This document shows, piece by piece, positions 51,474-63,670 of a stretch of 64,000 nucleotides of DNA. A program made the position numbers and the translations under genes. Under the pieces are notes generated by a model. That model worked only from the letters and a program-made list of their open reading frames with translations, did no database searches and had not been told where the DNA came from. Each line of letters opens with the position of its first letter. Position 1 is the stretch's first letter. The stretch comes from Mytilus edulis (lineage: Eukaryota). The stretch is taken from contig NC_092348.1 of NCBI RefSeq assembly GCF_963676685.1, positions 20,150,001 to 20,214,000 of the forward strand. The letters run 5' to 3'.

Positions 51474-52159
51474 AGGGGCACTAGCTACGAGATGTATAAA
51501 AAATCTAATAACTTTTTTTTGCTCAATCAATAATGAAATGCAAATAGTAAAATAATTATTAGCTTTTAGAAGCCAATACGGTTCAATTTTGTCAAAATAA
51601 GCTAACAAAAACATTGATTACGAATTATTCACTTGAAATGAATAATAATCCATTTCAAGAAATCGGTATTCATGTAAACATCAATACAACCGCTTAGCTT
51701 GAGATTAATACGCGTGAACTGTATGTGTAAAGTTATTTAAAGGAAAAGAATGTCAACATTGAAAGTGAAACAAAGATAAATCATTTGATTGACTGATTCG
51801 ACCTACAAAAATTCATTCTTAAACAGGTAGAAACGACGATAAGCATTTATTTTTCATCTATTATATGAAATTAAATAGACCTAGAATAATCACGAGTGTG
51901 CTTAATCCATTTATATATTTATTTATGTTTACATCGCTTGTATGGTCATCGCATGACTTTAGAGGTCAACTCGATAACTAATTAGATGGCGTCTGAACTA
52001 AAATACACACGAAACGAAGCTACGTATCTTTATGCTCGTGCCCTAATTATTATTTATTTTAGACTTTTAATAGTTTGGATAAATGTTTTACATTGTTATC
52101 AATAAAATATGAGCATTTGATTAAAATAAATGAACATGAATTTGACAGCTAGTGCCCCT
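51474..52159. mobile_element. TTAA-specific (Kolobok-like) MITE
   Basis: 13-bp TIR AGGGGCACTAGCT; flanks TCAA/TTAA. The paralogous empty site at ~58613 has a single TTAA. Confidence 0.8.
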
Positions 52160-52197
52160 TTAATTAGTTATCATAAGTACCAGGATTATAATTTTAT

Positions 52198-52241
52198 ACG
52201 CCAGACGCGCGTTTCGTCTACATAAGACTCATCAGTGACGT
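52198..52241 (-). ncRNA. Minimal type I hammerhead ribozyme (best-preserved copy) within a retrozyme-like fragment 52165-52357
   Basis: Reverse complement ACGTCA-CTGATGA-GTCT(tatgt)AGAC-GAAA-C(gcgc)G-TC|TGGCGT. All core nucleotides are intact, stem I is 6/6 paired, and stem III is the palindrome ACGCGCGT. Confidence 0.85.
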
Positions 52242-54978
52242 TCAGATCAAAATAGTTAAAAAAGCCAAATAAATACAAAGTTGAAGAGAGCATTGAGGAC
52301 CCAAAATTCCAAAAAGTTGTGCCAAATACGGCTAAGGTAATCTACTCCTGGGGTAAAACATTCTTGACTAGTAACTTATTTTTATACGTTTAAAATTCAA
52401 TGATTTTAATATACCGGTATAATTTACCTAAGAGCTTTTTCTATCTATTTGATCAAGATTAAAGAGTTACCTTGTTCAACGTCGTTTAAGATGTGCGATA
52501 TAACTTGTTATGGATGGATTATAATGTTTTGTAGATATAGGAAGATGTGGTATGAGTGCCAATGAGACAACTCTCCATTCAAGTAACAATTCATAAAAGT
52601 AAACTATTATAGGTTAATGTACAGCCTTCAACACGGAGCCTTGGCTCACACCGAACAGCAAGCTATAAAGGGCCCCAACATTTAATAGTTTAAAACCATT
52701 CAAACGGGAAAACCAACGGTCTAATCTATATACAAACGAGAGATGAGAAACACGTATGAACTACATAGACAGACCACAACCACTGTACATCAGATTCCTG
52801 TTGATGAAAAATTAGTTATAGGCTCTGTTTGGTTTATTTGCAACTTTTTAGTTTGACAATTTGTATCAAGAATCATGTGATCTAGAGTACAAGTTTATCT
52901 GGACTTTTTGAAAGATCCAAATATCTTATTTTGTATAGTCATTCAGTTGTAGCCCGTTGATACAAAGGTTACATTTCCCTTCATTGATATAAAAATAAGA
53001 AAATTTTGTATGATTACCAAAGGGAAAACTTTCTACAATCGACCAAATGACAATGAAATTAACAAATACAGTTCACCGTATGGTTTGGAAGAACCAATAC
53101 CACATAGTCAGTTGTAAAAGATCCCGAAATGGCTGTTGAAAAAAAAACGTCCTCTATACGTAACAAATATGTTGTTAATCAAGAAATCAAGCTTCTTTAT
53201 AGTGTCAGTTTCAAAGAATTTTTGTGATTCTTTACAAAGTAGGATTTATTCCTTCCTAAGACAAGTACTTGTATCTGCGCTAACATGTTTAACTCAGCCA
53301 TATTCTATATATATATGTGCATGTGCCAAGTCAGGAGCCTGTAATTCATTGATTGTCGTTTGTTGCTGTGTTACATATTTGGTTTTTGTTCATTTTTTTG
53401 GGTACATTAATAAGACTGATAGTTTTTCCGTTTGCTTTGTTTTACATTTGTAATTGTGGAGCCTTTTATATGTGAAAATGTGGTATAAGCTTTTCTCATT
53501 GTTGAAGGCCATATGTTGACCTAAAATTGTTGATTTCTGTGCCAATTTTTTTCTCTTCGGAAGAGTTATCTCATTGGCAATCAAACCACATCTTCTTTTA
53601 TATATTATAACTATATGTTTTGTTGAATTCATCATACTTTCAAAAGCCGTGGTCAACATTGCACAAAAAACTAAAATTTTTCCTTTTTGACAAATATGTC
53701 TGTAACAGCGTCTTCTCATTACAGTCACACTTGTTTACTAGTGAAAAAAACGGGTTACCTAAAATAAGTATGATAGTGTTGGTATCTTCCTCACGTAGCA
53801 ACCATATCTCTTTTGGTAAAATTTAGCTAGTCCGTTCGTGAATTTAAAAAAAAAATTGTGTCACCATTTGGAACCACTTTAAACTTTTAACTTTCCTTAC
53901 CATCTTCTGTCGCCACAACCTCAAACGGATAATCGGTTTATTCACACAAATTTCTATAAGGACATGATTTAGCCATTCTTCTCGTGTTTATTATCAAAAT
54001 GCTATGTGTGATTTCCATTATTCAATTATCCGTCGTCAGTTTTGTTAATTTAATTAAAAACTGATAATAGACGACATAAGATGTATTGGCCGATTATTAA
54101 AAATGTTGCGTTTTTGTTTATTCTCTTGAAAACTATAATGTATATAGATTCTATGGACACGTATTTTTGTTGTAAGATGTTTTGCAAAACTAAGTTCAAT
54201 TTTGTATATAAGTAAATTCAATCAATAAAATGTTGCACATTAAAAGAAGAAATGTAATTTGAGATATCTGGTTTCAAGTTGCATTCCCAACCAGCTTTGA
54301 ACTTAACTAAACGATACCAACATAATTCTTGTCTCATACAGAAAACTCTTCTGTGGAAAGCGAGGGTTCGAAACAGCTTAGTTGCTTAAAAATAAAAGAA
54401 AGAGAAATTTATAGTCAAAGTCAATAAAAAAAATTCCTTTAACTATATAATGCTAAAAGACTGCTAGAGGTCAACATTAAGTTGTTTTCCACGCCAAATG
54501 TATTTGATGAACCTTGTCAAAAGTTTTCTTGTGTATTATATACATTTTTTCATTATTTGGCGAATTACTGTTTGTTCCTATTGTCTTTAATGAATTTATT
54601 CAGTCTTGTGTTGGAGGCAATGTTGCCTTTAAACATCTTTTGTTGTTTATGGGTTACTGTCTCATTTACTCGAAACGTCAAAATCAAAATCTTAAACACA
54701 CCAGACGAATGGACAACAACTGTCATATAACTAACTTGGTACATGTATTTTCTTATATAGAAAATTGTGGATTATAAACTGGTTTTATAGGTAGCTAAAC
54801 CTCTCACTTGTATGACAGTCGCGTAAAATTGCATTATAATGACAACGATGTGTGAACAATACAAACAGACATAATAGGTAAAAATGTCAAAAATAGGGAG
54901 ACAGCAGTCACTAAATGTTTTTTAATATTATTTAAAAGGCATGACAACAATGTGAACTATAATGACCTGAAATGAATT

Positions 54979-56673
54979 TCAAACTTTGATGTCGTAAATT
55001 GTCGCCCTTTCGTCGCTAACGTTACAAACTAACAGTTGATCGGTTTCTCGACAAAAAGAGATACCGCTTGGACCTTTAAGACTATTTGATTTGTCCAGAA
55101 TAACACGATGTTGTTGTCCGTCACTAGAAACTACTATAACCTTATCATAATCTGGTAGTACAATAAAAACGTTACCATGGTTATCTACATCTAATGAGGA
55201 AGAATAATTGTGCAGAAAAACTGTTGAGCAATGTAACCGATTGTCATCAAATGTCCATAACTGTTTACCAGAATGGTCAATAGCATAGACAGTTTGTGTC
55301 GTTAAGCTAATAAAATAAATATGATCTTTGAGTACTGCCAGGTTATAAACATTACTATATTCAACAGGAATATATTTCGGATCAGTTCCATCTAAATCAA
55401 AGATACTGATATTTCTGTCATGCATGCAGTATAGTTTTTCGTTTTCATAGCATATTCCCCATACACTCGAACCGGAATCAATAATAGTCTTAACTATAAC
55501 CTTTGTAGTGATATCCACTATTTTAACCTTGCCATCCGTAACAACTGCTATCTTACTACTACCAATAGGCGTAATATCAAATATATCATTTAGTCTCATG
55601 TCCCCGATAAATTTCCCGTCTTCATCATGAATTACAAGTTCGCCATTTTGATTGTCAACAAACACACTGTGCATTGTAGGAAGAATAGCACAAGAAGTCA
55701 ATGACATTTTCGGGCCTCGTGAATTTACGATCTGGATTGCATTGTGAAGCTTTAGTTTGATTTCATCGATCGTGTAATGTTTCTGAATGTTGAGTTGTGC
55801 TTGTTTTTTGAAACGGTCTATGAACTTAACAGTTTCTGAACTTTCCCGAACGACAACATCGCCGAAAGATTTGAGGTCTAGAAGTAAAGACAATAAATTA
55901 TCATTCACCTTTAGTTCTAGGCTATACCTTTTTTGTTTCGACAAGTTTTTCCGAACTTCTTGTTTTTGTTTAAAAAATATACTTCCTATTTGTCGGATTC
56001 CAATGAAGGCTTGTTTCTCAGAGGCATACTTCTTCATGTTAGAAATACGGTTGTGTAACGCGATTGCTGTATTACAGTGACTCTTAAAAGCAGACTTATT
56101 CTCGTTAACTTTTTTGGTGCAATTGTTGTATTTCATCTCAAGGTCCTTTAAGGCTTTTTGCTGTAATCGATCTAAGTGTTTGTTGAATTGAGAACGAATA
56201 TTGTAAACTTCATCCCGGATATTTTTTTCTTGTTGTTTCAAATCAGTAATATAATTGTCTTCCTCCTTGTGATATTCAGCGAAGTTTTGACTTGTGCTTT
56301 CAATCTCGGTTTCAAGATCTGCTAGTGCAGTAGATGTTTTAGATCCTTTTGCAACTTCGGACAGCTTAGATATTTTGCACTTACTGTGATGCTCTTGTAA
56401 ACATTTAAGGCAAAGGATTCCGTCATGTTGTGAACAGAAAAATTCATATGGCTCCTTGTGATGCACACAGTTTTCATCAATGAACAGTTCTGTACTTTTT
56501 AAGTAGTCAGTTATTGATATCAAGTGGTGAGATCGTAGTAGTTTTGTCCTTTTGTGATCTTTGACACATTCGTCACAGAAACCCTCTCCACAGTCATTAC
56601 ACCATGAATTGGCGGACTTTGATAAACCATCATATCCACAAGGTTCACAGCTAACTGTAGGACCCTCAGCCAT
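54979..56673 (-). CDS. RING-less TRIM-like protein: two B-boxes, coiled coil, C-terminal NHL/beta-propeller, 564 aa, single coding exon
   Basis: CEPC..WCNDC..FCDECVKDH..H (B-box 1), CVHH..FFCSQHDGILCLKCLQEHH (B-box 2), heptad-rich middle, propeller-type repeats (LDVDNHGNVFI, LKGPSGISFC). ATG at 56673 follows the acceptor TTTTACAG (56681/2), so a 5'UTR intron is present. Confidence 0.92.
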   Translation of the reverse strand: MAEGPTVSCEPCGYDGLSKSANSWCNDCGEGFCDECVKDHKRTKLLRSHHLISITDYLKSTELFIDENCVHHKEPYEFFCSQHDGILCLKCLQEHHSKCKISKLSEVAKGSKTSTALADLETEIESTSQNFAEYHKEEDNYITDLKQQEKNIRDEVYNIRSQFNKHLDRLQQKALKDLEMKYNNCTKKVNENKSAFKSHCNTAIALHNRISNMKKYASEKQAFIGIRQIGSIFFKQKQEVRKNLSKQKRYSLELKVNDNLLSLLLDLKSFGDVVVRESSETVKFIDRFKKQAQLNIQKHYTIDEIKLKLHNAIQIVNSRGPKMSLTSCAILPTMHSVFVDNQNGELVIHDEDGKFIGDMRLNDIFDITPIGSSKIAVVTDGKVKIVDITTKVIVKTIIDSGSSVWGICYENEKLYCMHDRNISIFDLDGTDPKYIPVEYSNVYNLAVLKDHIYFISLTTQTVYAIDHSGKQLWTFDDNRLHCSTVFLHNYSSSLDVDNHGNVFIVLPDYDKVIVVSSDGQQHRVILDKSNSLKGPSGISFCRETDQLLVCNVSDERATIYDIKV

Positions 56674-56772
56674 GCTATTCCTGTAAAACAACATAATAGA
56701 TAATGATCATGGTATTTAAATGTATGAGTTCTATTTTAGTGGTGTCAATTGTAATCCCTAACTTATACTTAA

Positions 56773-57489
56773 AGTAGCACAATACAAAGGTTTTTTCACA
56801 TCCAATCGGACAACTTTAATCTGATATAATAATTCAATCATCCTTCTTTGAATTTTATAAATGAGGTACTAAAAGAATGTGGAAAGATTAATCTTTCAAA
56901 TTGTGATAATTTCATTATGACATAATTATTACATAATTAATTGTTATGTAATCAGTTGATATATTGTGATGTCCACACTTGCATGAATTTAGCTTTTTTG
57001 TTATTCATAGCAGCCCAAAATATTTTATAGATTCTTGTACAACACAGCTTGACCTCCAAAACCGTGTCTCAGATTTCCAAAAAACATCAATAAAACAATT
57101 TTTATACCCAATTAAGTTTAGTGATCTCTTGTGAATTGATGTTGCAAACTTCATTTGAGGTTTATGAGAGAATGAAATACAATAGGAAAAATCGGAGACA
57201 CGGTTGTGGAGGTCAAACTGTGTTGTACAAGAATTTATAAAATATTTTGAAATGCTATGAATAACAACGAAGCTAAATTCATTCAAGTGTGGACAACACA
57301 ATATATCCACTAATTACGTAACAATTACTTATGTAATAATTAGGTCATAATGAAATTATCACAATTTGAAAGATTAATCTTTCCTCTTTCTTTTGGTACC
57401 TCATTTATAAAATTCAAAGAAGGATGAAATGAATAAATCAGTTGAAAGTTGTCTGATTGGAAGTGAAAAATTCTTTGTATTGTGCTACC
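56773..57489. mobile_element. Foldback MITE with ~310-bp imperfect TIRs and TTAA TSD (Kolobok-like)
   Basis: TTAA|AGTAGCACAATACAAAG ... CTTTGTATTGTGCTACC|TTAA. The arms are complementary over ~310 bp. Absent from the paralogous region near 50020. Confidence 0.9.
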
Positions 57490-60234
57490 TTAAACAAGGT
57501 ATTGAACATCATTGTCGAATTCGATCTACATGAGAAATCCAAATAGCATGAAGGTTTATTTCATAATTGCGTTTAATGGAAAAGTAAATAAAGAATATTT
57601 GATATGCACTATGCTTTATTCATTTGTAACGGACATCGTAATCTAATAAAAGCCTTCAGATATTTCTTTATATTATTACGTAGTATATGTCAAAATTTAC
57701 TTCATTCGAACGGAAATTTCAATATGATACCCAATAAGAAGTAGTTTTTCAAACTTCAATGTAACCAGGAAGTATGTATTAAAGCTGCCACAGAAAAACG
57801 CTTCAAACGCAATCAGTTTATAAAGTGGTAATTTCATTTCCCATTTCTTTAAATTATTCTGTAAATCTTCTAAAACTTCTAATTGCTATAGAGTTATTAA
57901 ACAGTTTACCTTTCAAATCGAGAATTTTTCCACAATCAATCACTCGTAACCGGATAAAATATGGCAATACTAGCAAAGATAATAAAATCACGTGACAAAT
58001 GAAACAGTATGAATATTCAATAATAAAAGGAACACTAACTCTATATAGATATAATAAATTATGATTAAAGTTTTTAATTTCGCTGCAATTGTTTGCACCA
58101 ATCTGATGTTAAGTGGTTGTCGTTTGTTTATGTTGTTCATAAGTGTTTCTGGTTTGTTTTTTTATAGATTAGACCGTTGGTTTTCCCGTTTAAACGGTTT
58201 TACACTAGTAGTTTGTGGGTCCTTTATAGCTTGCTGTTTGGTGTGAGGTTAGACTCCGTGTTGAAGACCTTACTTTGACCTATAATGGTTTATTTTTATT
58301 CATTGTTACTTGGATGAAGAGTTTTCTGATTGACACTCATACCGCATCTTCCTATACCGATAAAGCTACATCAATTAAATGACCAGGTTTCTTTTTGTAT
58401 TTGATATTCTCCTGTCATGCGATTTGATTTATAAAGGTAAATCAAATACAATGTGATACATTCACAATTTTTTACATTGACTGTGCTTACACTCACCAAA
58501 TATACCAAGGTAATAGTTGTGTAAGCCAGACCCGCGTTTCGCCTTCAAACGACCCATCAGATGAATATTAAATTAAATTAATTTTGAATAAAGGTTGTAT
58601 GAAATTAAATTGTTAAAATATTCTTGACTAGTTATTGATTTATGTACGTTTATAATTCAATACTATCTAATTTACCGGTGTGATATAGCTTAAAGCCTTT
58701 CTTTATTCATTTGATCGAGATTGAAAGAGTAATCTTATTCAACTTCGTTAAAGATGTAAGTTATATTTTCGTTACGGATGGATTATAATGCTGTGCACTG
58801 TTATGAAATTTGTTTTGATGACAATCTTTTATAGGTTCTGTTGAGTTTATTCGCAACTTTTCAGTTTAGATCTTCAATATGTAGACCCAATAGCACAAAG
58901 TCAGCTATAAAAGTCCCCAAAATGGCAAATTTTAAACTGTCGGCCTGATTTATATCCAAACACTAGGAACGAAAAAACAAATTTGATATACAAAAACAAA
59001 CGAAAACCACTGAACTACACACAACTGACAGTTGACAGGCACAAATAGAATGTGATGGGGTTAAACTAGCTTGATGGTGCCAAACCATCACTAACAGTAT
59101 AAAATAAGAATACTATATACTACCTCATCAGGTGGTTACAAAGGAGAAATGGAGAAATTAATATTACAAAAACGCTTGGTTAACGTGGCAATTTACTTAT
59201 ATATCTAAATAAAATTAACTTAACAAATCGTAAAGCTTAGACGATGGTTTATTAATTTTCAACATTTGGTTGGTAATGTTCAACAGATATATATTTTATA
59301 TGAGTTTTTGATATAGAATATCTCAGACATTGTTAATGTTTTATATGATGTAAAAATACCTTTTATGAAATTTATTAACAGTAGACAAAGGAATTTGTTC
59401 CAACGAATATAATTGATCTTTGTCGTGTCTTTTAAAGTCAATAAAAAATGACAAAAATCAAATGTTAGTCTTTGTCAACCAATGAGACTAATGGAAAGCA
59501 ACTGTCATATTCCTGCTTTGGTACATGTATTCACCAAAGAAAACGGTGGGTGAACTATGAATAGTAGTATTCAAGTGTCCAATCTGACATCGATTTATTC
59601 ATCTATCCGCAAAACAAACACTATGTAATTGACGCAACGTTTTACATAACTGAAGTAATCAAGCCTTGCCTCTGTTATCGAGCTTTAAAGGAAAAGCGCA
59701 CTTTTATAAAAGTCATTATATTTGATAAATAGTTTCGTCATACTTGTATCACCATACAAAGATTGAACACAGTAAATTTAATTAGCGTACAAATCTGAGA
59801 TCACCTTCTACCGTATGATTTGTAGTCGTACTCAAACTCCGAATCTGACCGTTATTGTCAATCTTTAATAAGAGCGATTACCTATGAGAAAAACTGTACA
59901 CAGAAAAATAATTAGCAATACCAGATCAACAAAAAAGAGATGGGTACCATGGATAAAATTTTAGTTGGCAAAGATAGAGTGTCCTAAAAATAACATTGAA
60001 TAATTATACTTTTTAATTGCCTTTACCAAAAACTAGTCCATAAAATTTCCTTTAAGAAATTATTCTTTCTGGGCTTTTTTAATGACTGTTTGATAGCATT
60101 AGTTTTTGTCCTGTCTGGACCCTTTCTTTTCAGTCCGAAATGCGATACCGAGTATGCCATAAAGATGTATAGCTGTCGGTTACCTAACATCAATCAAGTT
60201 TATGTAGTTTGCCTATATTGATTGACTTCATCAA

Positions 60235-60803
60235 AGGAGTAGGTCCGGTAAGGACCGATTTTGGCCTCAAATTTCAGGTTCATCTGACGAAAGATTTTGA
60301 CCACTCTAGTGTCTATTTCATCTGATTAAATTAGTTTATGTGAAAGATTTTAACTGATTTAGTCATTAAAAACGATCCGATTCAAGCTCAAATATGAAAA
60401 ATCTACCAAATATGCCGAAAAATGTCACTTTACAGATGGTTTTTGTCAAAAATGAAAGTGGCCGCATCCGTGTTCATCCAGAACCTTTATATATGTTATG
60501 TATTATCATCAAATACAACTTACCTTTCAATATTAAGGACGAACACGAATGCGTCCACTTTTGTTTTACACGGAAACCGTCTAAAATTTAACTAAAATGC
60601 TAGAATTTTGAAGATTTCAATAATTTAGCATGACTCAATAGTGCTACAACCCGATATATGTGCATTGTATTGTCTAAAAGAGCCCATATTTATGTAGCAG
60701 AAGCATTCTTCTGTCCAATAAATAACTAAAAATTTATATTTTAACAATTTTGTAAAACTGTTATATTTTGGGGCCAAAAAGTGGTCTTACCGGACCTACT
60801 CCT
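60235..60803. mobile_element. MITE (Kolobok-like)
   Basis: Perfect 18-bp TIR AGGAGTAGGTCCGGTAAG extending imperfectly to TTTTGGCC.CAAA; TSD degenerate. Confidence 0.75.
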
Positions 60804-61056
60804 CTGTTTTGCACAAAATATGAAGAAACATAAAGAGTGCAAAGCATCAACATATTATATACCCCTGTCAATCCGTGTGGTGCAGGGCCAAATGGAAGTA
60901 TTTTTAAAGACCGTAAGATGACCTTTAAAAAATCCGTTCCTTTGACATTATTAAGATATGTGTCCTTCCATACACAAATGTATATAACAACTTTTTCAAA
61001 GGAATATTTAGGGAAATCGACTGAAATCGACGCTACATTATTTGTTCGATCACTAT

Positions 61057-61230
61057 CACGATTTGGTTGACTCATACGATTTGGTTGACTCGAACGATTT
61101 GGTTGACTCATACGATTTGGTTGACTCGAACGATTTGGAAAACTCGAACGATGTGGTTGACTCGAACGAACGATTTGGTTGACTCGAACGATTTGGTTGA
61201 CTAGAACGATTTGGTTGACTCGAACGATTT
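61057..61230. repeat. 18-bp minisatellite, ~9-10 copies
   Basis: Unit ACGATTTGGTTGACTCGA / ...CTCAT. Confidence 0.9.
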
Positions 61231-61912
61231 GTCGGTGTCTCAACTAGCTAGCAACATAATATAAAGTCTTATTTTTTTATACCAGATATCATATAACCAA
61301 TCTTGACATGTTGACTTATTGTGGGTTCGTTTGGCGGATAATGCATGCAAAGCCGAAGACGCTGTCTCACTACTTTTAGAATTTTAGGAAATCGATGCTC
61401 TAATCTTGTTAATCAATAATCAATTGACTTTGTTTCTTAATAAATGATTTATTATGTTTGAGTATCGGTAATCCTTTGTTTCCGTAAGTTACGACAAAAC
61501 GAAACCGGGTGCGCCGACAGAGTTGATGTAACCTGCTATGCATGAATGGCCTGCCATACGAACACACACCCAATCAAAATATCATAGGATTGAGTTTAAA
61601 ACATACTACGTAAAAGTTCTATGATCAATTCAGTGTTTTGTAACCTTCAATTTGGCTGCCCGTCAAATCTTTAGTGATTTATTATCATCCCGATGTAAAC
61701 AGTCTATTGTGTCGTAGAATGTAAATACAATCTGTGTTATGTAAAAAAAAAAATACACACATGCAATTCAATAAGAAGCTATTCAACTATAATTTGATAT
61801 TAATTAAAGATAAAGTAAATTGTGCCTTAAATTACCTTTCCTTACTTATAGTTGAATACGATGACAACCTTGTGATAAAATAAACTGAGACCAATGTGTT
61901 CTGCGATCACTG

Positions 61913-63370
61913 TTATTTTATTTCGTAAATGAACGCCCCGCCATTGCTAACGTTACAAATCAACAGTTGATCGGTTTCTCGACAATAAGAAATCCCACTT
62001 GGACTTTTAAGATTGTTCGTTTTGTCCAGAATGACACGGTGTTGTTTTCCGTCGCTAGATACTACTATACCTTATCATAGTCTGGAAGTATAATAAAAAC
62101 GTTACCATGGTTATCTACATCTAAAGAAAAACTCATGAATTTCAGAAAACATTTGGGTAGTTACAAACGTTCATCATGAAATGTCCATGAGATATTGCCT
62201 GTATTGCCTGAGTTTCTGTAGCAACGTTTATAAAATAAAGCAAATCGTTGTGTACTGTCACATTACATACAATGCCGATATGTAAAGGAAGAGATTTCAA
62301 AACGGTTCCATCCAAATCAACCATTGTTACCGAGTTGTTATCTATGTTATACAGTTTTCTGTTGCCATTGGATGTTCCCAATTTCGTAATATTGCTTTAA
62401 TATATAGTAATAGGTAATTTCTTTGTATTTAAATTTGTTATTAGAAACATAAGCTATAAACAGGAGTGAGATCAAATATGCAGAAGAATTTTCCAACTAG
62501 ATAAATCGCATCGGTTAAAGTCATATGAAACGAGTGAGTGGTGAAAAATAATGTTTATCCAATTCTTGAACCAATGCATGTATATATCATAAACTTAGTC
62601 CTCTGTGCACGATTTTATCATTATTTTCGCAAATATATCATATAATCTTCAATTTTTTTCTCTCTGTTTGTTATGATTTAACAAATATGGCTGCTCATTA
62701 AATGCCGTGTTTTGAAGCCGAGTTTTACCGATTGTCACCTTATAGTAAACAAATCACAAAAAGCATGGGTATTGAGCACGTGTTTAACATGAAAAATCAG
62801 ATATTTGTTTATTTCAGTGACAGATCCATGCGTATTGCGATCACCGGAATTTTACGAGGAGGGTTACTCTCGGGTCACTATGAATACGGAAAATATGTCG
62901 GCGAATTGCTTCCTGGAAGCAAGCAATTAAAAATAAGTAAACTTCTTCTAAATGTGGACAAATTAAAGAATTTTCCTCAGAAAAAAGTGTATGTACATAA
63001 GTTGTATAATGAAAACTATCCATATAGTTATAAAAAACATATGCATATTTTTTTTTAATTTGAGGTTTCTTATGACTTTAAGCTCCCATCTTCATTATGA
63101 AATGTTAGTCTGTTGTTGTTATTGTCCGCACACACAAGCTGCTTTGTAGGAAGAATAGCACATACCGTCAGTGACATTGTCTTACCCGGAAGATTGCTTA
63201 AGTTGTAACAGTAGATGTATTTCATCAATTGAGTGATGTTTCTGAATATTGACGCAATGAGTTGTGCTTGTTCCTTTGAATTTTCTGCGAACTTAAAAGT
63301 TTCAGACTCTTCTCGGTCAAAAATATCCTCGAACGATTTGAGGTCTGAAAGTAAGTACTGTACATTTGAT
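61913..63370 (-). pseudogene. Third, diverged paralogue of the TRIM-like gene (propeller half), disrupted
   Basis: DLKSFED..ESETFKF..KEQAQL, MSLTVCAILPT, IFDLTP, LDVDNHGNVFIILPDYDK and SPSGISYCRETDQLLICNVS match the intact gene. Several frameshifts and stops plus a MITE insertion; the 5' part is replaced by repeat sequence. Confidence 0.88.
62519..63077. mobile_element. TTAA-flanked MITE inserted in the pseudogene
   Basis: TIR AGTCATA(T/A)GAAAC; TTAA at 62515-62518 and 63078-63081. Removing it rejoins the frame EDGSL|TDAIYLVGKFFCIFDLTP. Confidence 0.85.
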
Positions 63371-63469
63371 TTTAATTCCCCGAATGCATACCCAGCCCAG
63401 TAGTCAGTACTTCTGTGTTGACTTACGTTATCATTCATATGTTCATATATAATTGTTAATTAACTGTTA

Positions 63470-63670
63470 ACAAAACTTAAATTTTTTGAAATACTAAGGG
63501 TTTTCTACCTCAGTTAAATTACCTTAGCTGTATTTATCAAAACTTTTAGAAATTTTTGGTCCTCAATGTATGTTTTTATTCGAGCGTACCTGATGAGTCT
63601 TTTGTAGACGAAACGCGCGTCTGGCGTAAATATAAAATTTTAATCCTGATATCTATGATGAGTTTATTTG
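63470..63670 (+). repeat. Retrozyme-like fragment with hammerhead core at 63583-63627
   Basis: GCGTAC-CTGATGA-GTCT(tttgt)AGAC-GAAACGCGCGTC-TGGCGT; core intact, two stem I mismatches. Confidence 0.75.

Noticed and set aside
56674-56694. N-terminal extension MLFYRNS of the 571-aa ORF
   Set aside because: It spans a splice acceptor (TTTTACAG). The ATG at 56673 is the one conserved in the paralogue.
60761-61243. 160-aa minus-strand ORF
   Set aside because: Starts in the 18-bp minisatellite and ends in a MITE TIR; no domain recognised.
62702-63058. 118-aa plus-strand ORF
   Set aside because: Lies wholly inside a TTAA-flanked MITE and has no recognisable domain.
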